The position numbers and the translations under genes are program-made. A stretch of 63,877 nucleotides of DNA, the filler included, from Octopus bimaculoides (Eukaryota): assembly GCF_001194135.2 (NCBI RefSeq). It is 6 parts of 5 records of this genome, joined end to end, with 100 filler letters (N's around TTAATTAATTAA, not from the genome) between each part and the next. Parts side by side here need not be neighbours in the genome. Positions count along the whole stretch, not along the records: positions 18,103 to 41,137 come from NC_068989.1; 5 more parts are not named here. One strand, written 5' to 3'. The notes below the pieces were generated by a model. That model was given only the letters and a program-made list of their open reading frames with translations. It was not told the DNA's origin and did no database searches. Positions 24,842 through 37,739 of the stretch are shown here, in pieces; the stretch's first letter is position 1, and the number at the start of each line of letters is the position of its first letter.

Positions 24842-25150
24842 TCAAGTTTTGTTTATGGTCCATTCAAGTAGTGAGTTCTTATTGAATGAGTTATATCCAG
24901 GTATGGGTGGCTTGTCTGGTATTCCTTGAAGAAATCTGTCTAGACTCCGTTTAAAGCTGATAGGATCCTTTTCTTCTTTTATCTGTTTCGGGACAATGTT
25001 AAACAGGGCAGGGCCTGTTGAGGAAAAGAAATTATGCCGCAGTGTACCTATATGTTGTGATCCTGAATTAGGCAGGGGACGTATGGCCCGTGATCCCAGC
25101 CTTGGATGAACCTTGAAACTAATGTTCAGGTCGTTTGAGCAATGCAGGCT
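24842..25150 (-). mobile_element. CR1-like LINE 3' fragment
   Basis: NDLNISFKVHPRLG...GPALFNIVPKQIKEEKDPISFKRSLDRFLQGIPDKPPIPGYNS..NSLLEW; nucleotide homology to 47290-47560. Confidence 0.85.
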
Positions 25151-25177
25151 GTATATTCTCCACACACACACACACAT

Positions 25178-25535
25178 TCATAGGCTTGGCTGTATGGCAC
25201 GAAGTTTGCTTTCCAGCCACATGGTTTAGTCCTACAACGTAGCACCGTGGGCAAATTTCTTCTACAATAGCTTCGGGCTAACCAAAATCTTGTGAGTAGA
25301 TTCGGTAAGCGGAAACTGAAAGATGCCTGTCGTATATATATAGGTGTCTGTGTTTGTCCTCAACCTCAGCTGATAACTGGTGTTGGCGTGTATATGCCCC
25401 CGTAACATAACAGTTCGGCAAAACTGACGGGTAGAGTCAGGGTGAGCAAAAAAAAGTACTGAGGTCCTTTCATTCGACTAAACATTCTTCACGGAATTGC
25501 TCTAACATGGCCGCAGTATAATGACTGAAACCAAT
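25178..25535 (+). mobile_element. SINE family B, near full length
   Basis: GGCTTGGCTGTATGG head, GGAAACTGAAAGATGCCTGTCG and CATGGCCGCAGT...ACTGAAAC tail region. Confidence 0.8.
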
Positions 25536-25541
25536 TATACA

Positions 25542-25627
<86 letters not shown>

Positions 25628-25874
25628 GCTACACACACACACACACATATATATATCGTTTGTAGTAAGCAAACATCTGAAAGAAGCACACTCTAAGATG
25701 TTGAGCAGTATATATTTAAAATGGTGAAGGCCGGTTAATGGGATTACTTCAGGTTTCCTTTCCATAAAGGGCTTAGCTCTTCGGACTTGTAATATCAACC
25801 GCTGTTTCTCACTAACTAAATCTAAATAACAGCAGTGATACTAAAATAAAAATTATAGTATTTGCTCCTACATA

Positions 25875-27094
25875 TTGGGTCATCCCATAAATACTGCAGT
25901 TTTTTATGCTACTTTTATTTTTCAAAAATAAGATAAACAAAGTTCTTTTTTAATCTAAAATATACTTTCCTTAATTTTCTACAATGCTCTTCCATCTATT
26001 TGGTAGACTTGCAAGGTCCCTCTTCCAAAGTTCACTTGTACGTCACAAAAAGTACTCTTCCAGTACTGTTCTGACCTCGTCTACATAATTCTTATTTTTT
26101 TTCTGCCCAAATGCGGAATAAATGATAATCAGATGGAGCAATGTCCGGCGAATATGGGGTATCATTTCCCATTCAAACTGCTCCAGCCTTTGGAATGTCA
26201 TCCTTGCTGTATGTGGCCGAGCATAATCCTGATGGAAGAACACCTTTCGACTTGAAACCAAAAATGGCCGATTTTCTTCTAGCGCTGCTCGTAGTAGATC
26301 TCCTTTGTTATCGTTTGGTTTGGGTTTAAAAGTTCAAAGTGGACAAAACCTTTCATATCCCACCAAACAGATAACAACACCTTATGTGAGTGAAGACCTT
26401 TAGCCTGGGTTGCCGGCCTTTCTCCTTTCAAACCCACTGTCTCCGGGGCTCAGACATTTTTTTAGAGAACCAGTCTCTTGTCACCAGTCACTTTTTGGTC
26501 CCAAAACGGTTCAATCGTGAGAGGTGATAGCAAAGAAGAGCACACATTCACTCTCTGCGTGCGATAGACTCAGAAGGTTTGTGAGGAACCTATTGACCTT
26601 TCCGATGGCACACTGGTATTGATGAATGGTTGAATGACCAAATCCAAGCTTCTCTGCTAGTTACTCGACAGTTACGATGGGATTTTTTTTGTTCCACCAG
26701 GGTTTGCAGGACATCCTCGTCTAGCTCTACACATTTTCCAGATTTTCTAGGCTGTAGTTTCCCGCTCGGACATTCTGGAACTACCGTTGACACTGGCTTA
26801 TTGTCTGATCCCAATATACTGCATTAATATTCCTCGCACTTTCCGTTGCGTTGTTGCCTTTATTGAACTCATAAAGCAAGATAAACTGAATAGGTTCCTT
26901 TGTCACTTCTATTATAACTTTGAAAAAATAACTGTCAAAATCGAATTGCATTCTGTAAAATATGCATTAAGACTAAGTACAAGGTAAAATTACTACCTGC
27001 TTTTGTAGCAAGTTGATGCAAGTAATATATTCCGTCCCCATCCGACCTTTAGTTCAAGCATTTCAAAAACAGTATTATTTATGGGATAACCCAA
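25875..27094 (-). mobile_element. Full-length but decayed mariner element, 1220 bp, with TIRs and TA target duplication
   Basis: TIRs TTGGGT(C/T)ATCCCATAAATA at both ends, flanked by TA. Transposase fragments include VELDEDVLQTLVEQ and KVFFHQDYARPHTARMTFQRLEQFEW. Confidence 0.92.
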
Positions 27095-27406
27095 TATAAT
27101 TTCATATTCCATATTTGTTGGCCCTGGTATTTTATAGAACTGAACATTTCAAATTGAAACATTTTATTGTTGGTGTGTCTCATGTCAAACATTGTAACAA
27201 GAAGCAATATTTCCCGGTTTGTAGACTTTGTTTCTTTCTCAAATTTTCCATTTCTCCTTTCCTATTTGATGCAGCCATATATACTTTCCAGTATTTTATA
27301 GGAAATACAAGAAAAACAATATCAAACACGTGATATTTCCAGAACTGGCGAAAAAAGAAGAAATTTTGGCGTATATGTATGCATGTATGTATGTATGTAT
27401 GCATGC

Positions 27407-27441
<35 letters not shown>

Positions 27442-27661
27442 NNNNNNNNNNNNNNNNNNNNNNNNNNNNNNNNNNNNNNNNNNNNNNNNNNNNNNNNNNN
27501 NNNNNNNNNNNNNNNNNNNNNNNNNNNNNNNNNNNNNNNNNNNNNNNNNNNNNNNNNNNNNNNNNNNNNNNNNNNNNNNNNNNNNNNNNNNNNNNNNNNN
27601 NNNNNNNNNNNNNNNNNNNNNNNNNNNNNNNNNNNNNNNNNNNNNNNNNNNNNNNNNNNNN

Positions 27662-27723
<62 letters not shown>

Positions 27724-27873
27724 TGTTAATCACACTGAACCACCGATGAAGAAATCTGGCATTTTGACTATAAAGAATTTAATGTCATTGTCTACTTAAT
27801 TCTATATGATTTCGGAGACAATAATTTACTTAAATCTGTTTTTCCTGTTGTTTCCGAGACAATTCCACTCCAG

Positions 27874-28068
27874 ACTACCACATTATTGAGTGTTAACTAT
27901 AGTAAGATATATTAAATTCTGATACACTCGTATGCTAACGAAAATAACAAGGCACAAGGGTGACTTCTTGGAATGAAATTTGTTTCCCGACCACATGGGC
28001 AAATATCTTCTGCCATAGTCTTGGGCCAATCAAAGCCTTGTGAATAGATTCGGTAGACCGAAACTGAA
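27874..28068 (+). repeat. About 195-bp local direct duplication (second copy 29204-29393), including unique flank and a truncated SINE B
   Basis: ACTACCACATTATT...AAATTCTGATACAC...GTTTCCCGACCACATGGGCAAATATCTTCT...GATTCGGTAGAC occurs twice, 1330 bp apart. Confidence 0.88.
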
Positions 28069-28812
28069 AGGAACTCGTTTTATATGTATATGTATATGAA
28101 TATATGTGTATCAATACAGGCACGAAGTTGTGCTTGACATCCTAGCCGTTAACTGATGAGACATTGGTGACCTTCTGCGTCTGTTTTCCGTTCGTTTGTT
28201 TATTATTATATGTGTTTGAGTTCAGAACATATTATTCACCTAACGTTAACACATGCCTTTTTTTTTTACCTGTATACACCCCACCCCCCACACATATATA
28301 TATACTCAGATATATATATATACACACACACATATACATACATACACACACACACACACATGTATATATAGATAAAGTAGATAGATAGATAGATAGATAC
28401 ATAATTGCATAAGCATACACATACAAACACACAAACACACACATACACATATGCATATAGGTTTGTGTTGTGGGGGTTTTTGGGCTGTCTTTGTCTTCCT
28501 CCACCATCGTATGGCAGCTGGTATCAATTTCTTTCTATCACCATAATTTAGCGATTCAGCAAAAGATACAATAAATACCATATTTTAAAATCTAAATAAT
28601 GGGATCAATTTATTTGACAAAACACTTCAAAGCGGTGCCCCAGCATGATCACAGTCATAAAACAAATAAAACAAATAAAAGATAAAAGCAAGAGATGAAA
28701 AAAAAAAAGAAAAGAAAATGAAATCGGAGAAAAACAATATAAATTCGTAAATAAAGGAGTCTGGTAGAGAACGGATTTGCTACACTAATCTGACAAGATA
28801 TTTCTTCTGCAG

Positions 28813-28965
28813 TTTAAAAAAGTTAAAACACTGAACATCCCGACGACCGATCCTGTGCGCAGCACATTAGATGTGGTAGACATAACGCTGAAATCTCACT
28901 CAATATCATCTGTCAAATTTTATGTGAATTGGTCAAAGGAAGAGTAGAGCCTCCTCTCCAAGGCT
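28813..28965 (+). CDS. Candidate 153-nt phase 0/0 exon: FKKVKTLNIPTTDPVRSTLDVVDITLKSHSISSVKFYVNWSRKSRASSPRL
   Basis: Acceptor atatttcttctgcag, donor CTG|gtaaga, single open frame. Confidence 0.5.
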
Positions 28966-29459
28966 GGTAAGAACTAAGGATAAAGTTATTTGCAGACAAG
29001 TGACCTCTTCTGAATGCTTATAACAATTTAGACTCTATTAGCTGCTACTAAATGGTAAGGTGGTGGAGTTAAACCAGGAAACGGATCAAGGTTTGTATAC
29101 ACCGACATAAACAATCACTAGAACTGATTTCCACGCAGTTTTCGTCCACCAAAGCGCAATTTCCTTATACCTAGGCAATAGTAAAATACATTTGTCCTTT
29201 GTAACTACCACATTATTCAATGTAAACTATATTAAGTTATATTAAATTCTGATACACTTGTATGCTAACGAAAGTAACAAGGCACAAGTGTGACTTCGTG
29301 GAAAGACATTTGTTTCCCGACCACATGGGCAAATATCTTCTACCATAGTCTTGGGCCGACCAAAGCCTTGCGAGTAGATTCGGTAGACGGAACCCGAAAT
29401 CACGTAGTTATGAAAAAAAAATTTGTATCCTCACTTCTATGACTGTATTCATTCTACAG

Positions 29460-29546
29460 GTAGATGATAATGAAAACCTACATATTTCTAAAAATAAGAA
29501 GGCTGTCATCGTTGGAATAACCTTGTGTATAGATCTGCTCGATTAG
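29460..29546 (+). CDS. Candidate phase-0 terminal exon: VDDNENLHISKNKKAVIVGITLCIDLLD*
   Basis: Acceptor gtattcattctacag; phase-compatible with the 28813-28965 exon. Confidence 0.3.
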   Translation, partial: VDDNENLHISKNKKAVIVGITLCIDLLD

Positions 29547-29599
29547 TGCCAAACTAGGGTTAACAACAACTACAAGGCGCATAGTCAATTCTGATATTG

Positions 29600-29790
29600 G
29601 CCCAAGAATAGTAGTTTCCTCGGAAGAGGTAAGTTGATGATATCGACTCCCCAGTGTTCAACTGGTACTGCTTGTATCGATTGGCACTTGATTTATCGAT
29701 GAAAAGAAATGTCCACCTGAAGGAAATTTGAAGTGAGAGCATAAAGACAGACGAAGCATCGCTAAGCATTTTGCCGGGTTAATGATTCTG
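29600..29790 (-). mobile_element. SINE family A, degenerate
   Basis: CCCCAGTGTTCAACTGGTAC and GACAGACGAA..CGCTAAGCATTT, the reverse complement of family A. Confidence 0.65.
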
Positions 29791-30546
29791 CCAGCTCGCT
29801 GTTTTAAAATGTAGTATAATATTAAATAGAAATGTAATAACAACACGCATTTTGTGTGCTGTTATTTGTGTGTAGCTATTAAATAAAACCCTAACACTGA
29901 GCATATTGCATTGCGCAATCGAGCCAGTTAATTTGCGCAATAATCTACTAAAATACCGTATTCCATATCAAACAGAATACACCAGTATAGGACATAAACT
30001 CAGAATTCTTTTGTATCTTTTTTTTTTTCTATTGACATGTTGAATTTGTTGGAATAAGACAGCGTTTAGCGCATATCATGTGCACTTTTCAGTTTATCGT
30101 TTTTCTTTTGACTAATTTATGATACTTCTCAGTTACTACTAACTCTAACAACATTAGCTCATTCACTGTCAATTTTCAGTCTGTGATTATCCACCTGATA
30201 TCTCTAACCATTAATCTCAGCCAATTAACGCTACTTAATTGTAAACACATGTATGCAGGTTTGACGATAGTTTATTGTCAAATAGCATATCTATTTATCT
30301 AACTATGAAGACGTGATTTCAAGTTGAGTCTTGCTAGGCAGTACATAAGGTAAGTGTCTTGTACTATATCCCTGCGGCAAGCAATGCCTTGTGAATGAAT
30401 CTGATAGAAGAAAGCTGAGTGGATGCTACTCAAATGTGCATACATGTGTGCCTTCTGTGTATATGTTAACGTAAGTTTATATGTATATATGTATGTATGC
30501 ATGTATGTATTATGTATGCAAGCATGTATATATGCATGTATGTACC

Positions 30547-30586
<40 letters not shown>

Positions 30587-31119
30587 AATATATATATATA
30601 TATNNNNNNNNNNNNNNNNNNNNNNNNNNNNNNNNNNNNNNNNNNNNNNNNNNNNNNNNNNNNNNNNNNNNNNNNNNNNNNNNNNNNNNNNNNNNNATAT
30701 ATACAAACATACATACATACATTTTTACATACATACATGCATACATATATTGGTAATAATAATAACAATCTTTGAATGGAATTTATAAACATTTAATGCA
30801 TCGCTACACGCGTTTCCATAAATCGCATGTCTCTTAAGACCTCACACTTATTCCTAGGATGATTAGAGTGTAGTCCGTAGTACCCATGGGCATCAGGTAG
30901 ATCATCTTCATGGATTCATTTCTTCAGGCGATGTAACATTAATGTTTATAGATTATTTTACTATATTTATCCTTCATTATATCGGTACAGCCCAGTGTGA
31001 TTCCCAAACCTGGTTCATCAGTCACCATCATTAGACTGTGGCCGGCATAATGGAATAAGAGCTTTATTTACGTATTCAAAACGTTTCTCGTAAACAAATT
31101 AAAAAGATGACTGTGTGCA

Positions 31120-31314
31120 GCCGCAGGCGTGGCTGTGTGGTAAGAATCTTGCTTCCCAACCACATCGTTCCGGGTTCAGTCCCACTGTATGGCACTTTGG
31201 GAAGCTGTCTTCCACTATAGCCTCGGGCCGACCAAAGCCTTGTGGGTAGATTTAGTAGACGGAAACTGGAAGAAACCCGTCGTATATATATATATATATA
31301 TATANNNNNNNNNN

Positions 31315-31353
<39 letters not shown>

Positions 31354-31660
31354 GTAGATAAATAGATAGATAGATTGAACGATATATGTACACAGATAGA
31401 TAGATATATCTATGGATAGATATATGTATGTCTGTGTTTCTCCTCCTGCCATCGTTCGACAACCAATGCTGGTGTGTTTATGTCCCTCTCAGATAGCGGT
31501 TGGGCAAAATAGACCGATAGAATATGTACTAAACTTACAAAGAATCAGTCCTGGGTCGAGATCTTCGGCTAACATCTTTTAAGGCGGTACGCTAGCATGG
31601 CCGCAATAAAGTGACAGAAACAATTAAAAGAATAAAAGAATAAAAGAATAAAAGAATATA
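31120..31660 (+). mobile_element. tRNA-derived SINE family B, full length, with internal microsatellite and (GAATAAAA)n tail
   Basis: A-box-like TGGCTGTGTGGT, B-box-like GGGTTCAGTCCC, conserved body, tandem A-rich tail. Confidence 0.9.
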
Positions 31661-31805
31661 CATATATAGTTGAGGTGTGTTCTGTTAAGAACGTATAAGA
31701 GTACAAATAGTGCTCGTTCACCCTTAGAATTCCCAAATAGCCGGTAGTATTCTTGTGGTATGCTACCACTTCTAGTCTTAGGTATTCCTCTTGTGTGAAA
31801 ATAAA

Positions 31806-32247
31806 AAGTAAAAGAGTCAAAAGGAAGACTAAGTACGATTAGGCAGCTTTTTAATCGCTACAAATGTTTGGATACATACAGATCGTCGTATATACAGGAT
31901 TTAAAGTTTAAATTAAATTATTTAACGGCTTACCTTTATCTATATGTACCTCCTCAGGCGATACTCTGTTGCTGTCTCCGTAAGCAAAATTTAAATTTCC
32001 ATATTACAACACCCATGGCTTATTCTTTGAAACTAACAAACGCGTTTGTTAGTTTCAAAGAATAAGCCATGAATGTTGCAACATGATCGCCTGAGGAGAT
32101 ACATATAGATCTTATACAGGTAAATCGTTAAATAATTTAATTTAAACTTTAAATCCTGTATATACGAGGATCTGTATGTTTCGAAACATTTGTAGTGATT
32201 AAAAAGCTGCCTAACCGTACTTACTCTTCCTTTTGACTCTTTTACTT
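31806..32247. repeat. 442-bp foldback with a perfect spacerless 58-bp central palindrome (32014-32071)
   Basis: CATGGCTTATTCTTTGAAACTAACAAACG|CGTTTGTTAGTTTCAAAGAATAAGCCATG. Outer arms of about 155 bp are also inverted, and the ORF track shows mirror-image peptides. Confidence 0.95.
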
Positions 32248-33546
32248 GTATACATACATACATACATACATACATACATACATACATACATACATGTATC
32301 ACTCTCTTATTTATCAATCTCCCTCTTTCTTTGAAGTGACCGGAAGTAGAAGGAATGAAGAGAAAGTGCTTCCTGGAACAGACGAGTGTGAAGTTGGTTG
32401 GTATGTATGTGTGTGTGTGTGTGTGTGTGGCACTAGCTGCATATGTGTGTGCATGGTAGCGTGTGTGCGTGTGGTGGTAACGGTATGTGTGCGTGTATGT
32501 ATGTTTGTGTTAACTGTGTGTATGTGTTTGTGTGAGTAGTCTGTGTGTGTGTGTGTGTGTGTGTGCGTAGTAGGATCTGTGAGCGTGTGTGTTACTGTCG
32601 TTGTGAGAGGTCAGCAGCTATAGTGACACATGTATGAATGGCTGTGTGGCTGTGTGTGTATATTAATCTAAAAGTTACATCGACGTGAGGAATATGAGAA
32701 TTCTAATGATTCAGTATTTGTTTCTCTATCGAAGCATAAAGTTTATCGCCTGGTCAGTGGTTTATGCGATAAGAAAGCCTAATAGACAAAAAAAAAAAAG
32801 AAAAAAAGAAAGAAAAAAGAAAATAAAAGAACATAAACAAATCTACAAAAATCTAAGTCCTGTACACGACAAAATGCAACCCCCTAAATGTATCCTACTT
32901 CTACAAAATGAGACTGTGAAGGTCTGGAAATGCTAAATCTGTATTTAGAAACTTCATTGTTCCAAACTAAATGTAAGAATCCGAAACGAAAATAAGGAAT
33001 ATCTATAATATATAAAATAAACTGGAACATAGTCGTGTTTTTAATGATGCAAATGTATGTTCCATTGGAACTTATTCGATAATCTATGAACCCTCCTTTT
33101 TTATTTAATATTGCTGTATTAAACCTTAACCAAATACTACAGATTCTAGATTTTAACCCTTGTATCAATACTTAAGCTTCCTAATATATCTAGTGTTGTC
33201 ATTTAACTCAGTATCTTCACGTTTAGAATTTCCGACGGTAATTGACTTGAATTGTTTGAAACTACATAACAGACTTCTGTCGAGGAAACGTAGAGGAATT
33301 TGCGTCGCGTTAGTACTTGCAATATGTTACTTCCAGTAAATTAGTATGAAAATCATGGTAACGAAAACAGAATGAGTGCGATTATTAAAAAGTCGATAAG
33401 TTTTTTTTTTTTTAAAGTGTTGAAAATCAAGTCATGAAATATATATTTCCATTGTTTTCCGTTTGGACTTTCATTATTTTTTTCGGAAAATGTATAAATT
33501 ATTCATTGTATTCTGGTCTGCTGTGCAAGAGTAAAAAGAACTTGTA

Positions 33547-33577
<31 letters not shown>

Positions 33578-34826
33578 CATGCATACATACATACATACAT
33601 ACAAACATACATACCACGCATACACATATATATGTATACACACAAATTGACAGATATTCATACAAATTGACAGAAAGAGCGGAGTGCCGAAATTTTTTAC
33701 AGCATTTTTCTATAGATATGTTAGAAGTAATGAAGAGGTTGATCTATGAATAAATCTATTTAGAAAGTTTCTTCCTGTCTCGTAGTGATCAACTGAAAGA
33801 GAAAAAAATGTCGAATTATTTAAATATAGTTGAGCGTTTTGAGTTAAAAATTAGTATAATTTAAACTTAGAATTTCAAAGGAAGAAAAAATATGGAAATT
33901 TTTTATATTCGGCATTTCCGTAGATGTTCATCTGAAATAATTTTTTACAACCACACATTGCATGCGAGATATAACGTTCCCTTAGTTTATGGAACTTTGC
34001 CCACTGAATCTAATGGTTTCCTTTGAACATAATGGCTTTAATACTGAGGTTTAATATTTTCAATGTCCTGTGTACAGTTCGCACAATAGCAAAAATTGTA
34101 TTTCATCTGCCCTTGGTTACTGAATGAAATATATTGACGATTCAATTCGTTATACTCTTGCCTGGGAAAATATGCTTCAGTGCTAAAGTCATGATACTGA
34201 AAATAAACTATTACAATCAGTACGAGTTGTGCAATAGACTAAAGTGATATTATATTTCGCACCTAATATGTAGCTTTAAAAACTGATTGCAGTCGAATAA
34301 ATATAGAAACGGAGAATATGTAAATTTCTATTTATTTTCATCCTGTTTATTTATTCTACTAAATTTCAAGTAAACTACGGTTCTATAAAATATATCAATA
34401 AATGTTTAACTAACAATGCTCGTACAGCTAGTTGTGGACATTCTGCTTATATATTTTATAATATATTGGTGGACAGAAAGCAAGACAGGTATATTGTTTG
34501 CACCTTGATATACAAATAAAATTGGCTCGAAGTCTACAGTTACATACAATTTAGGATTGAAACAAAATATTTTTAACGTGATGATAATTTATTAATTAAA
34601 CTATGCGCTGAGAATCTGTTTTATATCCAACGAGAGTCCTTGTTAACTGTAAGTTGGTAAACAGTATCTGTATAGGTGGTTACAAAGTGCGGGTACTCAG
34701 TTGCTAATGAAATACCAGATACATATCGAAACTAGATCGGCTAAACCTTCTATTTATCTCCCCAAAGGTATTTTATATAAAGACAAATCATTACAAATAA
34801 ATATTGTTGTCTAAAAGTCTATTATA

Positions 34827-34927
34827 TATTCTACCGTAACACATCAGTCATTTACTAATATATTCTACAGTAACACATCAGTTATTTACTAATATATTCT
34901 ACAGTTACACATCAGTCATTTACTAAT
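34827..34927. repeat. 34-bp minisatellite x3
   Basis: TATTCTAC(C/A)GT(A/T)ACACATCAGT(C/T)ATTTACTAATA tandem units. Confidence 0.9.
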
Positions 34928-36114
34928 TTTTAAATCAAATTTTTAGCCAAAAGAAAAATTTTCAACATGTCTTCAGCTGTCACCGAGTGACGGTTAAACA
35001 TTTTCTTTGTGTTCTTTTCATACAGCAATAAATTCATTAATCATGCTAGCTCTATTGATTTTAACTAATACTTATCTCTTCATTTTATCATTTCATATTA
35101 TCATCTGTATTTGGAATACTCAATATCTAATTTTCCTTAGTTTATTTCACTTCAAGATTTATTTAAGTAAGGATTTAAAATAAATTAAACATAAACAAAC
35201 AACAACCCACGATATTTATTTTGTTAGTATCAGAATTCGAATTATTAAAAAAAAAAAAAAAAAAAGTTGCTGTCTTTTAATTCTGATGGCAGTTTTAATC
35301 TGTGTAGTGATGGAAACAACATGAGATGTATGAATACGTTTTCAAATCCAAGATAATTCTGCCCATATTAATGCTTTTCATTCTTACAATGCAAAATAGC
35401 AGTTATTAAGAACATATCTTTTTAATCTCTTTTACGTCATGAAAACTAAAATAAATGATAGTCGAAATCTAATGGAGATAAGGGGGAAATAATCATATTT
35501 TTAACCGATTCTAGCTTATTTTTATCAATGGCATACAATGATTGTTGATGAAAGTGACACAGCATGTTGCCATCGGTCTTAAAATGTTAATTTACATCTG
35601 TGAGACGTCGTCATGTTAAAAGTAAAAACCAAGTGATGCATTATAACATAGAATCGTCATGAAGGCAAGTATTAATGGTGATACTGTAAGGTAATATATT
35701 CTTCTTTTATTCGTTTATTTTGTTTCAGCCATTGCAAGGCAGCAATGCTGGGACACTGTCAATACCGTATACTTGCATATCAGAAGCTTAGACGAAATTT
35801 GACCCCATTACTCGATAGATAGGAAACAGTGAATAATGCATTCACAAATATTACGGAAAGATTGACGGGTTGAGTATGAAGTCGGTGAATGCATTCGAAA
35901 AGAGGGTTAAAATAAGCTGATCATCTGTGTGTCACACTTAACACGCATCTAATTTCTTCTATGCATGTGACGAAGGTCGAAATATCTCTGACGTTTTTGC
36001 GAGCCACTTCTATGCTGTCTCACTTCGAGCTTCGTTATATGTATGTATATATATATGTGTGTGTTTGTGTATGTTGTGTTTTAAACATGTCTNNNNNNNN
36101 NNCGTATGAATATA

Positions 36115-36146
<32 letters not shown>

Positions 36147-36528
36147 TGTATGTGTGTGTGTGTGTGTGTGTATGTGTGTGTGTGTGTGTGTGTGCATGCA
36201 TGTATGTATATATATATGTGTGTGTTTGTGTATGTTGTGTTTTAAACATGTCTAAACGTATTTTCGAAAAAAAAACAAAAAAAAACAAGTATTGTTCATT
36301 TCAGTAGTGTATATATGTTAGATATTGAACACAGATGGCTATTTCAGCTTAATATTGTGTCCATTGTGAGTACCGACGTTAGTTACAATAGTTGTAAATC
36401 TAGGAACTGTAGAGCACTTCTATCATAACTTGATACAAGCAAGCGGTTCTATCGATTCGGCCACCTACGTTACAAGAAACATCAGGCGAACGAAAATTTT
36501 TGGATGGTCAGTTAATCTAATTATCTAT

Positions 36529-37628
36529 AATCTCGTTCCAAGAAATATATTCCCTGTTCAGCTGACTGATATATAGGAACCCATTGATGTCTTATCCATA
36601 GTTTTGCTGTATCACAGCTTGTAACCAAATTTTTCCTCCCTGTATTTGATTATAAACCTTGGTCGATTTTTGCAGGACAGCATCGTATATCCTATAACGC
36701 GTTCCATCTTAATGCGAAGCGGCTTTTTTACATAAGCTTTGAGTGTTACTCATAACTGACTATAACTACTATATAGCCTGATGCCGATACTAAGTTGACG
36801 GCAAATATATTCGATTTATTTCTTTCAGCACAGTAAATCTTTTCTGTCACTGTGACATTTTCACCCATTAGCACATTTATTTCTCAGCTCCGACAACGGT
36901 CAATGTTTTCTTCAGCTATCAAATATTTTTGTTCTACAAATATGCAAATGCATATATATATATATATATANNNNNNNNNNNNNNNNNNNNNNNNNNNNNN
37001 NNNNNNNNNNNNNNNNNNNNNNNNNNNNNNNNNNNNNNNNNNNNNNNNNNNNNNNNNNNNNNNNNNNNNNNNNNNNNNNNNNNNNNNNNNNNNNNNNNNN
37101 NNNNNNNNNNNNNNNNNNNNNNNNNNNNNNNNNNNNNNNNNNNNNNNNNNNNNNNNNNNNNNNNNNNNNNNNNNNNNNNNNNNNNNNNNNNNNNNNNNNN
37201 NNNNNNNNNNNNNNNNNNNNNNNNNNNNNNNNNNNNNNNNNNNNNNNNNNNNNNNNNNNNNNNNNNNNNNNNNNNNNNNNNNNNNNNNNNNNNNNNNNNN
37301 NNNNNNNNNNNNNNNNNNNNNNNNNNNNNNNNNNNNNNNNNNNNNNNNNNNNNNNNNNNNNNNNNNNNNNNNNNNNNNNNNNNNNNNNNNNNNNNNNNNN
37401 NNNNNNNNNNNNNNNNNNNNNNNNNNNNNNNNNNNNNNNNNNNNNNNNNNNNNNNNNNNNNNNNNNNNNNNNNNNNNNNNNNNNNNNNNNNNNNNNNNNN
37501 NNNNNNNNNNNNNNNNNNNNNNNNNNNNNNNNNNNNNNNNNNNNNNNNNNNNNNNNNNNNNNNNNNNNNNNNNNNNNNNNNNNNNNNNNNNNNNNNNNNN
37601 NNNNNNNNNNNNNNNNNNNNNNNNNNNN

Positions 37629-37667
<39 letters not shown>

Positions 37668-37739
37668 TATGGATAAGACATCAATGGGTTCCCATTTATC
37701 TCTCAGCTGAACAGGGAATACATTTCTTGGAAAGAGATT
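36529..37739. repeat. 74-bp inverted repeat pair (36529-36602 / 37666-37739) spanning a gap
   Basis: AATCTC(G/T)TTCCAAGAAAT..ATTCCCTGTTCAGCTGA...GGAACCCATTGATGTCTTATCCATAGT in opposite orientations. Confidence 0.88.

Noticed and set aside
36039-36253. 54-bp direct repeat beside a 10-N gap
   Set aside because: Low-complexity sequence adjoining a gap; probably an assembly overlap.
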